Assembly: GCF_009914755.1 (NCBI RefSeq)
Contig: NC_060929.1
Origin: the human T2T-CHM13v2.0 reference genome, Homo sapiens
DNA length: 64,000 nucleotides
Direction: 5' to 3' (one strand)
Shown here one piece after another: positions 40,149 to 52,387 of the stretch (the stretch's first letter is position 1; each line of letters opens with the position of its first letter). A program made the position numbers and the translations under genes. The notes beneath the pieces are model-generated. The model made no database searches. It was not told where the DNA came from and saw only the letters and a list, made by a program, of their open reading frames with translations.

Positions 40149-41164
40149 GATTCTTCCCTTACCTGGTTTATACAACGAATATCTTAGATCTGATCATCAA
40201 ACAGGCTATTTCCACAACCAAAAACCATTCTCTCATCACAGGCAGCCAAGTGGCATTGACCACATGAGAATGGGGACACCTAAGAGCAGCCTTGCCTGAC
40301 CTTGGAGGCACAGGTTGGAGGCCAAGGCCCCTAGCAGGTGGGTAGAGCAGGAATACAGTCACAGACACACAACCACAAACCACATCTCCCTTGCTAACAG
40401 AACCCTGGTGCTGTCCAGGCATCCATGCAGCAAGAAGGTTGGCCTGTATCCCAGCCCCACAACAGGATGTGAAGCTGGATTAACCTTAAACCAATTAGGG
40501 CAGTTGCATTCCTTTTGCTGATGACTAGCAAAATTCTGGCCAAGGAGACACTGCTCAGGAGAACAAGTCTGCTAGAGAGGCTCCTGGGAACAGAATGGTT
40601 TCTTAGCTCTTAAATAGAGACACAAGAATCATTTTTCACCCACCATATTGGCAAGAACCCAAAAGGTTGAGAACACATGCTACCGGTGTGGGGAAACAGG
40701 CCACTCATACGTCGCCGATGGGAGTACAAACTGATATCAATCCCCATCTCCCAAAAAAATTCCTCTAAAATAGCAGTATCTTAAAGTGACAGAAACCCAC
40801 AAGGACAAAGAAGAGAGAACATGGTAGAAAACAAGTTATATCAACAAGACTTTGGATGCTGAAAAGCAGACGCAAGAGCTGACTTAGCAGATCAGAAGGA
40901 GCTGAAACCTAAGCCTCAGTTTGCATGAGTGAGTCCATTCAGAATCCAGAAAACCCAGGAATTGAGAGAGCACCAACTTCCTCAGAAGGCAGAGACATAG
41001 GTGGGGCTGAAAACAGGAGGAACTTAACACTCAACAATAAGAAAATAAACAACTCAACTGAAAAGTGGACAAACGACCTCAACAGACACCTCATCAAAGC
41101 TATGCCAAATAAGCATATAAAAAGGTGCCCTACATTATATGTCATTAAAAAAAATTACAAATTT

Positions 41165-41499
41165 GGCCAAGCACTGTTATTACTTGGCTCTTGCCTGTAA
41201 TCACAGCACTTTGGGAGGCCAAGGCAGGAGGATCATTTGAAACCAGGAGTTCAACACCTGCCTGGGTAACATGGTGAAACCTCATCTCAAAAAAAGATTT
41301 TTTTTTAAGTAGCCTGTAGTCCCATCTACTCAGAGGACTGAGGCAAAAGCATCATTTAAGCCCAGGAGGCCAAGGCTACAGTGAGCCCTGATTGTGCCAC
41401 TGCACCCCAGCCTAGGTGACAGAGCTAGACCCTGTGAAAGGAAGGAAGGAAGGAAGGAAGGAAGGAAGGAAGGAAGGAAGGAAGGAAGGAAGGAAGGAA
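41165..41499 (+). mobile_element. AluJ with (GGAA)n tail
   Basis: Diverged Alu dimer; TSD aaattacaaatt (41152-41163) / aaattccaaatt (41498-41509). Confidence 0.88.
41440..41499 (+). repeat. Perfect (GGAA)15 microsatellite
   Basis: Counted directly: 60 nt, no interruptions. Confidence 0.97.
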
Positions 41500-43707
41500 A
41501 TTCCAAATTGAATCAATGAGATACCACACACCTATTTGAATGGCCAAAACCCAGAACATTAGCACCAATGCTGGTGAGGATGTGGAGTGCCAGGAACTCT
41601 CATTCATTGCTGATGGGAATGCAAAATGCTACAGCTACTTGGGAAAACAGCTTGGCAGTTCTTACAAAACAAAACAAAACAAAAAACAAAAACGAACAAA
41701 AGAACATTCACAAAAAAAAAAACGGTCTTGGAAATTAAAAATATGAGAGCAGAAATGTTTTTATCAATAAAATGTTTGAAAAATAGAGAAAATCTCCATT
41801 AAAATTAGGGGCAAAGTAGACAATAAGAAAGATAAGTAAATTCAAGGATAAATCTAAGAGGTCCATCATTCAACTAATGAGTTACAGAAAAAGAAAATAA
41901 AACAGAGAGGATGCAGTTATAAAAAATAATATAAGACACTGCTCCAGAACTAAAGGGACTGTATTTCAAGATTTTATGGATTCTCCAAGTGCATGGCACC
42001 ATGAATTATACCTAAAAAAGAAAACAAAAATATCCCAAGGAACATAATCATGAAATGCAGAACACAGAAATGGAGAAAAATCCTAAAAGCTTCCAAAGAA
42101 AATAAGCAGCTCAAATACAAACCTTGGAATCTGAAAGGCATCTGATGTCTCAACAACAATGGAAACTAGAAGACAATGGAACAATGCCTTCAAATTTCTG
42201 AGGGAAAATGATTTACAATCTAGAGTCGGCCATACTGTCAATCAAATATGAGGCTAGAATAAAGACATTTCAGATAAACAAGGTCTCAAACACACTTACC
42301 ACCTTTTCACCCTTTCTCAGGAAGTTACCAGAAATATTTTCCCCCAAAGAAGAGAAAGATCCAAGAAAAAGCATGATCCGAAAAAAATGGAATCCAGGGT
42401 CCAGGGAATGCCCTGGTTGATGGTGACAAAATTCTAGATTGAAAACCTGCTAGAGAACAGCAGTCTAGACAGAGGTGGGGCTGGGAGGCTCTGCAGGGCT
42501 GTCTGAAAAATAAGAAAACAAATAAAACAAGTAGACTGCCTGAGGTGTTTGAAATATTCAGAGATTTTCAGTTCTGTCATGGAGTTTGGGAAATAATTTG
42601 TAATTGGTACCTATAAAACAAACAAATGAAAAGAAATGGGGCAATTATTAACTTCTGAGAAAATTAAAAGTTGTACAAAAAAGAAAAATATAATCACAGT
42701 ACTACATATGGCTCGCTGTGAATAATGGCTACATAGTCATAATAATGTAAACATTGAATATTGACTTAGCCCAAAATGAAGATTTAACATTCTCAAGAGG
42801 CCAGGGGAAGGGGAAGATTGCGGGGGCCATGGGGGAGGCTGTGCAGGTAATACCAGTAAAAAAGCCTTCCCTTCCACAAAGGGAAGTCAATTGATCATCT
42901 CTAAAGTGGAAAATAAAAAAATAAAAACATAGCAGTTACATCAAGTTTCATAAAAATACAGAGAAAATACAAGAAAAACTCAAACACTGAAAACAGGTGA
43001 AACCCGGGAGATGGGAGCAGGGGGTGAGGGGACGGGGCACTACCATCTTTCATTACAAGCCCAGTAGTTCTATTTTGGTTTTGTTTGTTTGTTTGTTTGT
43101 TTTCAGTATTCTGTTTTGATACCTATATACACAGAACCTGGATAGAATATTAAAGAAGAAAAAACCAGAAAGTGTTTGCTGATCTCCTGGCATGCAGTCA
43201 GATCTGCATCCCCTTCGAGGCTGAGAAACAGCCAAGGACCCAGCTCCTGGCCTCTGGAACTTATTAGTCAGCTGACAGACAAGACCAAGAAAGAAAACAG
43301 GCTGTTTCAATGGTGCACTGTTACAGTGCTACGGCAAATATCATGCCTCTTTGCTCATGTATGCAGGTATTTCTCTAGGCCAGAGATCTTGAAAGCTGAG
43401 TGGTTGGGACAATGGTGTACTTGATTTAAATTTTAATAGATACTGCCAAATTGCCCCCTCAAAGGCTGTACCAGCATACACTGCCACCAGCAGGGATGCA
43501 GAGTTCTCCCTTATCCTTGCTGACACTTGACAATAGCAATCTTTTTAATGTTTGCCAAACTGCCAGGTGAAAAAATTGCATTTCTTCTTTTTAAATTTGC
43601 ACCTTCATGATTACTGGCATACGTTCTATAGTAAATACACAGGGAATAGTGTGCAACAGTTAAAAAGGGTAAGGTGTTGGCAGGACAATATCTCCAAAAT
43701 GTATTGT

Positions 43708-44583
43708 TGTTATAGGACCAACAGGTTCCTGTGTTTGCTGCTCAGTAACAGACCAATATACTGAGACAGTAGGGTTTGTGGCAGAGAAAGAATTTAATGA
43801 TCACAGAGCACTGAGTGAGGAGATGGGAGGAGACCCTCAAATCCATCTCCCTGAGGAGTTCTGGGCTGGGGTTTTTAAGGGGTTTTTTATGGAGGGTGAG
43901 GGGCTGGAAAATTGTAGTCATTGATTTGTCAGGGTAAGGGGGATTGAATCATCCAGATGAGGAAATTGCATACTTTGATGAGTCAGCTCCTGTGGGGCTC
44001 TTCACACCAGCTGACATCAGTATTGAAAGAATATCTCATTGAAAGAATATCTCAAATGGAAAACAATGTTTTATAGTGTTCAAGTTGTTGTCTGCAGAAC
44101 AGTTAAGAGGAACTACACTCTTGTAACAGGATCTACATCATTCTAAGTCAATTGGCACCAAACAACTATGAAGAAGCAGGAGGTCAGAGAACAAGCTGAC
44201 CTCATGATCAATCCTGGGTGTGCTGCAAGCTTGGTTTATTGTCATTTCTCCCTCTCCCTTCTTTTTTTTTCCTTTGAGACAGAGTCTCACTCCATCACCC
44301 AGGCAGGAGTAAAGTGGCATCATCTCAGCTTGCTGCAATCTCCACCTCCCGGTTCAAGCAATTCTTGTGCCTCAGCCTCCTGAGTATCTAGGATTACAGG
44401 CACACATCACCATGCCTGGCTAATTTTTTAATTTTTAGTAGAGACGGGGTTTCACCATGTTAGCCAGGCTGGTCTCGAACTCCTGGCCTCAAGTGATCTG
44501 CCCTTGAGATTACAGGTGTGAGCCCCTGCACCCGGCCCTCTCCCTTTTTTCTTAATTTTATAAGGTTTATAGGCACAATTTTA
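43708..44583 (-). mobile_element. LTR26-family ERV1 solo LTR interrupted by AluS
   Basis: Reverse complement cctataaaccttataaaattaa...aataaaccaagcttgcagcacac...ggtcagcttgttctctgacc matches recalled LTR26; 4-bp TSD ttgt (43704-43707, 44584-44587). Confidence 0.8.
44262..44537 (-). mobile_element. AluS with a short deletion near its 5' end
   Basis: Antisense Alu; TSD ctctccctt on both sides. Confidence 0.92.
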
Positions 44584-44814
44584 TTGTTCAGTGAAGCAAA
44601 CAAGTTGCAAACAATATGTAGCAAATGATACGACTTATGTTCAAAAACACGAAAACCTGTGTGTGTAAATTCTTACGAAGAGGTATGAAACAAGACAGAA
44701 CAAAGCATAACTGTGGCCCTCTGTGAGAGGGAGAGAGAGAGTCAGACTGGTGGGTGAGAGGCAATGTTCTCAAGAGAGACTTTCACCTTCTCCATAAGGA
44801 TAGATGGAAGCAAT

Positions 44815-45562
44815 TATACGGAAGGAAAATAATTTTCCTTCTACTTTTGTGAGTTCTTAGCTAGGACTGCTGTAACAAAAGACAGATCAGCAAGAGAAAA
44901 ACAAAAAAAAGCTTATCAATATGTATATTTCATATACACATGGGCAAAAAGTCAGGGAAAGAGTAACTCTCAAAGAGGTGGTTTCAACTCTGGGGTATAT
45001 AGCATCCTAACAAAGAACAATAAATTTTTAGAGACATGACAAGACAAAAGAAAAAAAACCTTGAGTCTCTAAAGGAGGCAAATTGTGGGAAGGCAAATAT
45101 ATGGGAAACAAGTGGTAAAGACTAATTACTAAATTTGGGTACATAGATTCCTCTGGTGCAGTCTCCTGACTAATCAAGGTCTAAATTGTATTTTGTGATC
45201 AACCTTTGTCCTTCCTGGTAGAGAGGGGAGGAGGGACACCTTTGTAAATGTATGTCCTGTGTTAGGCAAAGATGAGGAGGGCAGAGAAACTGTTTGTGTA
45301 AATTCATGGGAAAAGGTATGAAACAAGACAGACCAAAGTGTAACTGTGGGCTTCTGTGAGACGGGGAGAGAGTAAGACTGGTGAGTGACAGGGAATATTC
45401 TCAAGGGAGACTTTCACTTTCTCCTTAAGGATAAATGGAAGCAATTGTAGGGGAGGAAAAATAATTTTCTTGTATCTGCTTCATCTCAATTGCCTTTAGC
45501 TCAAAATAATCCTTATGCCAAAGTGGCATTTTGGTGGCTGGCATATTCTGTGACCCTTTGCA
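44815..45562 (-). mobile_element. ERV1 solo LTR (MER31/MER34/MER67 group) carrying a duplicated insert
   Basis: ggaaaataattttcc...ctgtaacaaaagacagat...caattgcctttagctcaaaataatccttatgccaaagtggcattttgg. Confidence 0.7.
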
Positions 45563-46269
45563 ACATAGCATAGGAATCAAATGCATAGGCTCTGGCCTGC
45601 CTGGGTTCTAGGTTCAGCTGTGTGTTCTCAGGCAAGGGTGTCCATGTTCTCGTGTATAAAAGAGAAATAATACCTACCTCGTGGGATTATATGGGGATTA
45701 AATGTAGTATACATACACATATTCAAACACACAAATGTCTAAAATTAGGACTATATGTTAGTTTTTATCATTCATACTCTGATTTCTTATCAAGAATTAA
45801 TATACTTATCACGTAATCTTTTCATCTTAAAGAAGGAAAAGAAAAAAGTGAAACCAAGTTCAGACAAAATATAGCAAAGAGCTCAACCAAGCCAAAAGTT
45901 CACACCCACAGTACCAATCCAAAAAGAGCCTGTTCAGCATGGCCACCACCACCAGCTGCCAGAGAGGACCAAGGTGAAGGGCCCAGCACCCTAGGGTTGG
46001 GGTCCAGAGCTTGGCCCTACCCCTTACCAGTTGGGTGACCCTGGCCTACACATTCCCTCTCAGAACCACAGTCTCCTAACCTGTACAATGCGGGGTGGGG
46101 AGGCAGGGCAGAGTGAGAGTCTAAATGGTCTTAGGAGTGTGGCTGCCTGCCATGTCAGCACCTCCCCTTCTCAGCCTGCATCTCTTCCTGCACACCAGCT
46201 CCACACCCACCTGGGTAACGTGAGCCTTGGGGTTCCAAGTTCAGAGCCTGTGGCAAGAACAGGTCCTAC

Positions 46270-46888
46270 TGTCAGAGGCATTTGAACAAGAGCAACTCCG
46301 TCTTGAATAGGGGCTGGGTAAAATGAGACTGAGACCTACTGGGCTGCATTCCCAAAAGGTTAGGCATTCTTAGTCACAGGATGAGACAGGAGGTCAGCAC
46401 AAGATACAGGTCACAAAGACCCTGCTGATAAAACAGGTTGTGGTAAAGAAGCTGACCAAAACCAAGATGGCAATGAAAGTGACTTCTGGTCATCCTCACT
46501 GCTCATAAGCAGTTATACTGCATTAGCATGCTAAAAGACACTCTCACCAATGCCATGACAGTTTACAAATGCCATGGCAATGTCCAGAAGTTACTCTATA
46601 TAGTCTAAAAGGGGAGAGACCCTCAGTTCCAGGAAATCCTGGTCCCTTTCCTGGAAAACTCATGAAAAATCTACCCCTTGTTTAGCATATGATCAAGATA
46701 TAACTATAAGTATACTCAGTCGAGCAGCCCATGCCACTGTTCGGCCTATGGAGTAGCCATTCTTGTATTCCTTTATTTTCTTAACAAACTTGCTTTCCTG
46801 TTACTCTAGGGACTCACCCGAATTCTTTCTTACATGAGGTACAAGAACCCTCTCTTGGGGTCTGGATTGGGATCCGTTTCCGGTAACA
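46270..46888 (+). mobile_element. MER41B ERV1 solo LTR
   Basis: TG...CA termini, tgtcagaggcatttgaac...gaaccctctcttggggtctggattggga...ccggtaaca; TSD ctac/ctgc. Confidence 0.92.
46627..46656. promoter_or_regulatory. Tandem GAS (STAT) motifs
   Basis: TTCCAGGAA 46627-46635 and TTCCTGGAA 46648-46656, both match TTCNNNGAA. Confidence 0.7.
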
Positions 46889-47875
46889 CTGCCAAACCAG
46901 GTCTTCCTGGAGCCCACAACTCTAGACGCTCTGTCCCCTCCTGCAACCATCTGGAGGCCCCAAGGTCTCTTACCTCCAGGCCCAGACACTGCCTCCCTTT
47001 CTGCTGCAAAAGCCAAGCTGTCTACCCCAAAGGTGGGAGGATGCAACTGTTTCAACAAGCCCCACATTCACAGCAATGCTCTGTCGATCCCAGCATGACC
47101 CTGGGCCCTCAAAACAACTACTTCTCTGCCCACATCACACATAGTCTCTGGTGTGGGCCAACTGGGCAGCTGCCACCCCTTGACCACATATCCCTGCCAC
47201 CCCCACCCACCTCACTGAGAACCAGGCTCCCTGTCCTGGCTGCAGCCAGAGTGGCATTTCAGAGCCCACAGGTGCCCATTCAGTCTCCCTCTCCTTAAAA
47301 CACTGATACAAAGGCACTTTTATCTTGCTTTGAAAGCTTTAAAAGTCTTTGCAGTGGTTTCCCATGTTCTGGTCTCTTTCAGATGATAATAGTTTTAATT
47401 ATAACAATCATTATAGCATAATACCTTCAATTTAGGCAATCAGTTCCATTCGGAATATTCAAATGGGAGGAGGGTGAGCTTGTGTTTCAGAAAGAAGCGC
47501 CTAGCCTATTGGCAGGTGCCAGCTACGGCCCCGGGGGTGGGAAGCCAGCTCTGAAGGGAAATGCCTGGACCTCCCAGGAACAGACCTAGAGGGAACACCC
47601 CATTCCAGCCCAGGAATCCCCAGGCCTCCACAGGAATAGCCCTGCAACCCTCAGAGACCTGTCGCAGCTCCCCATTGCCCAGAGAAGAAGGTGCTAATTC
47701 TTCAGTCCTCTCGTATCAAGCTCCAGGCTCATTTGCATAGCATTGCTGCACACACCTACAGCAGGCCCAGCCGTCTAGTGTTTCCACACTTGAGACACAA
47801 CTTCCCCAGCCTGGTGCTAGGCACCGTGCTGGCAGCGTGACCAGTTGTCTGTCTAAATTTTAGCTCTGAAAGTCC

Positions 47876-48606
47876 TGTTACAGTAAGTAGTCAGGCAGAC
47901 ATGGGCAGGGCAGGAGAGAGCCCCCAACACACCCCCACCCTCGCCTCTGTTCTGCAACCAGGAATGTCAGATGACCATCAAGTGGTGGGTCAGGCAGCTG
48001 TTACACTGTCTCTCTAAAACAGTAATTAGTCATAGCTGGCAACAGGGAAAGGCAGTCTCCCAATAGACAGAAAAAATCCTGAAACTGGTAATCAGCAGCT
48101 TCCCAGTAAGATCTCAGAAGTTGGGTGAGTGGGCTCAGCATGCACACTAAGAGGCAAAATGGCGGAGTTTAACTGGTCTATGACTTTCTAGGAACGTTCC
48201 ACTGGTAAGGGAATAACGCCTCAAGTGAGCATGCGTACAACTCCAGTAAACACACTGTACACGCTCCCCTCCCAAGTACTGGCAGGCCGCTGCACATGCG
48301 GACAGCCTACCCCAAGGAAAGAATAAGGGGAGAAGGAACACAAGACCCTGGAAGCATGACAACATATAAAACCCCACGTCAGGTTAAACTACACACTTGA
48401 TCTTGCAAGTCACCCCTTTCACCCTCTTCTAAGTGTACTTTCCTTCCTTTCATCCCTGCTCTAAAGCTTTTTAATAAACTTTCACTCCTGCTCTAAAACT
48501 TGCCTCACTGTCTCATTCTGACTTATACCTTTCTATCAAAGTCTTTCTTCTGAGGAGGCAAGAGTTGAGGTTGCTGCAGGAACTTACACATTCACCACCA
48601 GTCACA
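47876..48606 (+). mobile_element. MER50 ERV1 solo LTR
   Basis: tgttacagtaagtagtcaggcagacatg...gtcaca; perfect TSD gtcc (47872-47875, 48607-48610); keeps AAAATGGCGG, TATAAAA and AATAAA. Confidence 0.88.
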
Positions 48607-48769
48607 GTCCTACCTGCCAGGACATCCCTCAGTCCTCATGCAAACCCGGATGCTTGGTCACCCCACCTGCTAGGCACTGGGCATCCAGCAGTAAACCAGA
48701 CTTGCTCCCTGATCTGACCAAGCTCTTGGTCTAGAAAGGAGTGAGAGCTTACAAAATATTAATAGGGAT

Positions 48770-49217
48770 TGTTTTCGTGCCATGGGGCTGCCATAAAAAG
48801 TCACCACAAACTGGGTAACATAAAACTACGGACACTTATTATCTCACAGTTCAGGAGGCCAGAAGTCCAAAATCAAGGTGTTGGCAGGGTTGGCTGTTTC
48901 TGGAGACTCTGAGGGAGAATCTGCCCAGTGGCTCTCCCAGCCTCAGGTGGCAGCTGGCAATCCTTGGCATTCCTTGGCTTTTAGATGCATTGCTCCAATC
49001 TCTGCCTCCACCCTCACAGGCCCTTCTTCTGTATGTACTCTGTGTCTTCACCTCTTCATATAAGACTAGTCATTGGATTCAGGCCCACTCTAAACCAGGA
49101 TGATTTCATCTCAAGATGGTAACTAATTACATCTGAAAAGACCCTATTTTAAATAAAGTCACGTTCTGAGTTTCTGCATGGACATGAATGTTGGGAGGAT
49201 ACTATTAAACCACTACA
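48770..49217 (-). mobile_element. MaLR LTR (MLT1C-like)
   Basis: ggctgccata...caccacaaactggg...ggaggccagaagtccaaaatcaaggtgttggcaggg...gcaatccttggcattccttgg...ccactaca. Confidence 0.82.
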
Positions 49218-50090
49218 GGAATGAACTCAATAAATGCCAGCTGGGGTTTGTAAAAATCCCATGGGACCTCCAAGGCTGGAGGGAGAGGAAAGTCTCATTC
49301 ATTCATTACCCAGATATTCCCTAGCACCTACTACACACCAGGCACTGTTCTACACTCTTGGGAAACATCAAGGAATGAAGTCAGGAACCCTTGCTCTTGT
49401 GGAGCTTCTAGGGAGTGCAAAAGGAAGGACTGGGAAAAAGTCCCAAAGGGTGGCTGGAATTTGGCAGACATAGAAGAATGAGGGGTTGTTCTGGGTCAAG
49501 AACAGCCCTTGGTGGGTTGCAAACTATGCGAGCCTGTGTTCTTAGACATAGACACAGGAGAGAGGGCTGCTGTTGGTAAGCCTCCCTCAGCCCAGCAACG
49601 GCTTCAGACCAGACCCTGAGAACGGTGGCAGAGATCATGAGTGGCTGGGGGTGTCTTTGGGGCCACAGCTCTATCAGTGCCCCCACTCTTGATAGGACAG
49701 TTGCCCATGTTTCCCTGCACATGTGAAGCGCCACACAAACATAGCTAGTCCTCTAGCTCCGTCCTTGCACAGACCCTTGCCCTGAGCCTCTCCTTCCCAT
49801 GGAGGAACTCTAGAGCTACAGGTAGGGAACCACTGCCCCAAAGCTTGGCCAGCAAGAGGAGAAGCCTGGACTTGGTCTCGAGAGCTGTTATCTCAACCTC
49901 AGCTCATGGAACCTCGTGAGGATCTAACAGAAGTGGGACCTTTCCCTAAGGTTGGGCCATTCTGCTGAGGCATTCAAGGTTTTAATGATCACTGTCCTGA
50001 GAGTCACGGAATCCAGCTCAATGCCTGCCTCCTCCAGGAAGCCCTCCTGGACTTACCCCTCTTGTGAACACCTATCATACTTTCTTATAG

Positions 50091-50454
<364 letters not shown>

Positions 50455-50903
50455 GGTATTTCTATTTTCTAGGAAAATGTGTGTTGTACATTCCCAGCTC
50501 TCGACCCACTCTGGTCACTGAGACCCTGGCCTTCTCCTGGAGCTTGACAAAATAACACACCAACCAAAATCTTCCCCCAGAGAATCCCACTGTAGGGCAG
50601 AATCAGACACTTCCTCAGTCCCCATCTCGTTCTGCTTTAAGTGTGTGACAGTCACCAAGTTATGCACTGTAGCCTTTTCCTTTTCAACACCAAGGGGCAC
50701 TTCCTTCTGTACTACAAATAGTCGTTCCCCACTAAGAGTCAGTGGTCCTGGGACTCATAAACTTCAGGTCATTACTAACCAATGTGTGTCTTTCCTCGGG
50801 GCTATAATCTTTCCAATAAGCCATGGCTGGGCTGCAGTTCCCTCAAAGATTAATGTGCATGCCAATGCTAATGCATTCACCAATTGTCCTGTCTCAGAAG
50901 GCG

Positions 50904-50904
<1 letters not shown>

Positions 50905-50951
<47 letters not shown>

Positions 50952-50956
50952 ACACA
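50905..50956. repeat. (CA)n microsatellite
   Basis: About 26 units with two TA interruptions. Confidence 0.95.
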
Positions 50957-51569
50957 GCTCTAGGGCTGGCTGGTCTCTCATCCTTCCTGCACACCACACC
51001 ACCTCGGAAGGTGATGTGGCCAGGCTCTTCCCTCCCTCTTCAAAGTCTGGAAACGGACTGTGCAAGCCAACAGATGCTTGTGCTGCACCCAGACTGCCCT
51101 TGACTTCAATGCCCTCCCCAAATACCAAATGTCAATTTCCCAAGCTGATGGGGGCACAGAAGTGGGGGCAGGGCTCATCCCCTCACTGAGGAATTTCCTC
51201 AGAAAGAATGATCACTCTTGCCATTTCCCTGCTCAGAAATCTGGCCCAGCCTCCTGTGGCTTTTAGGATAAGGACTCACAGCTCAACAGCCCCAGGGGCC
51301 TCCGTGAAGGTGAGCTGTACCCCACTGGCCTGGCCTCCCAGCCTCAGCCCCAAGGAAGCCGTTAGCTCCCTCAAGGCACCCAGCTCTTCCCTTCTTGTGG
51401 TTTCCCCCACTCCCAGCTCCCCTCCTGGAACTCCCCTCTCCCTGCCGCCTGCACATGGCCAACTACTTCCCAGGTCCAGTGTGAGCATGCCCTCCGCTGC
51501 CAAGGCTTCCCTGCTTCCTGAGTAATCCTAGTTTACTTTTCTTCTGTAAGAGGCAATAACACACAGTGC

Positions 51570-51810
51570 TGGACAGCAGGGGATCTGGAGTCAGACTTCC
51601 TGGTTCAAATCCCGGTCTGTTGCTCACCTGCTTGTGGACCGTGGATAAGCTGCTTAATCGCTCTCTACCTGTATCCTCGTCTTAAAGCAAAGCTAATCCA
51701 TAGAGTTGCTATGAAGATAAAAGGACAATGTCGTCCCCTCTAAATGTTTTGAATTGTGTGGGGCACGCAGCGAATAACCAGTGTCAGCTGTTGTTATCAT
51801 TACCATCACT
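51570..51810 (+). mobile_element. MIR
   Basis: tctggagtcagacttcctggttcaaatccc...tgtggaccgtggataagctgcttaa...catagagttgctatgaagataa. Confidence 0.75.
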
Positions 51811-52277
51811 TCTAATCTCGCATCACTCTCCTTCTTTTGCCTGCCCAGCCCTTCTCGCACGTGGTGGCTGCGCATCTACTTGGTGGTGATTTGTTGACTG
51901 CTGGGATGTCAGCTCCAAGATGAACAGAACCTGAAGCCTGGCATGGTGCCTGGCATGCACAGGTGCTCTGTAATTAACACCTGTTGATTAAAAATCATCA
52001 TCACTGGCTCTTCTGACTTTAAGCGTCACTGTCCTGGTGGAAGAGGGCTGTAGAGGAGAGAAGTGGTCAGGATAGATGCCGAGTGATGCGCTGAAGCCCC
52101 CACCGGGGACACAGATGGACAGGGCACCCTGGGAGCCGCTCTGCGGGCAGCTGGTGAAGCCAGTGCCTAATCAGGCTGCCCAGGCCTGTGGCCCAGCTCT
52201 GCCTCTCCTTCCTGTGTGGCCCTGGACAGGTTTTCTAAACTTTCTGACCCTCTGTTTCTCCACTCATAAAACTCCAG

Positions 52278-52387
52278 TGGGAGGCCAAGGCAGGAGGACT
52301 GCTTGAGCCCAGGAGTTTAAGGACTGCTTGGGCAACATAACAAGACCCTGTCTCTTAAAAATAAAAATAAAACACACACACACAAAC
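52278..52387 (+). mobile_element. FLAM / Alu left monomer
   Basis: Single J-type monomer with A/CA tail; TSD aaactccag (52269-52277, 52388-52396). Confidence 0.8.

Larger units (their letters stand above)
41020..41670 (+). mobile_element. L1M (MB/MC-like) 3' ORF2 fragment split by AluJ
   Basis: actcaacaataagaaaataaacaac...acagacacctcatcaaag...aatgagataccacacacctattt...ggaactctcattcattgctgatgggaatgcaaaatg. Confidence 0.7.
40750..43050 (+). mobile_element. HAL1-like element interrupted by an L1M fragment and AluJ
   Basis: ORF1-like aaaatcctaaaagcttcc...aactagaagacaatggaacaatgccttcaaatttctgagggaaaatgattt...gaataaagacattt...ccctttctcaggaagttacc, with no ORF2 following. Confidence 0.6.

Noticed and set aside
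47731-47745. OCT4-SOX2 composite site
   Set aside because: The octamer is perfect but the SOX half has two mismatches; noted only as an octamer
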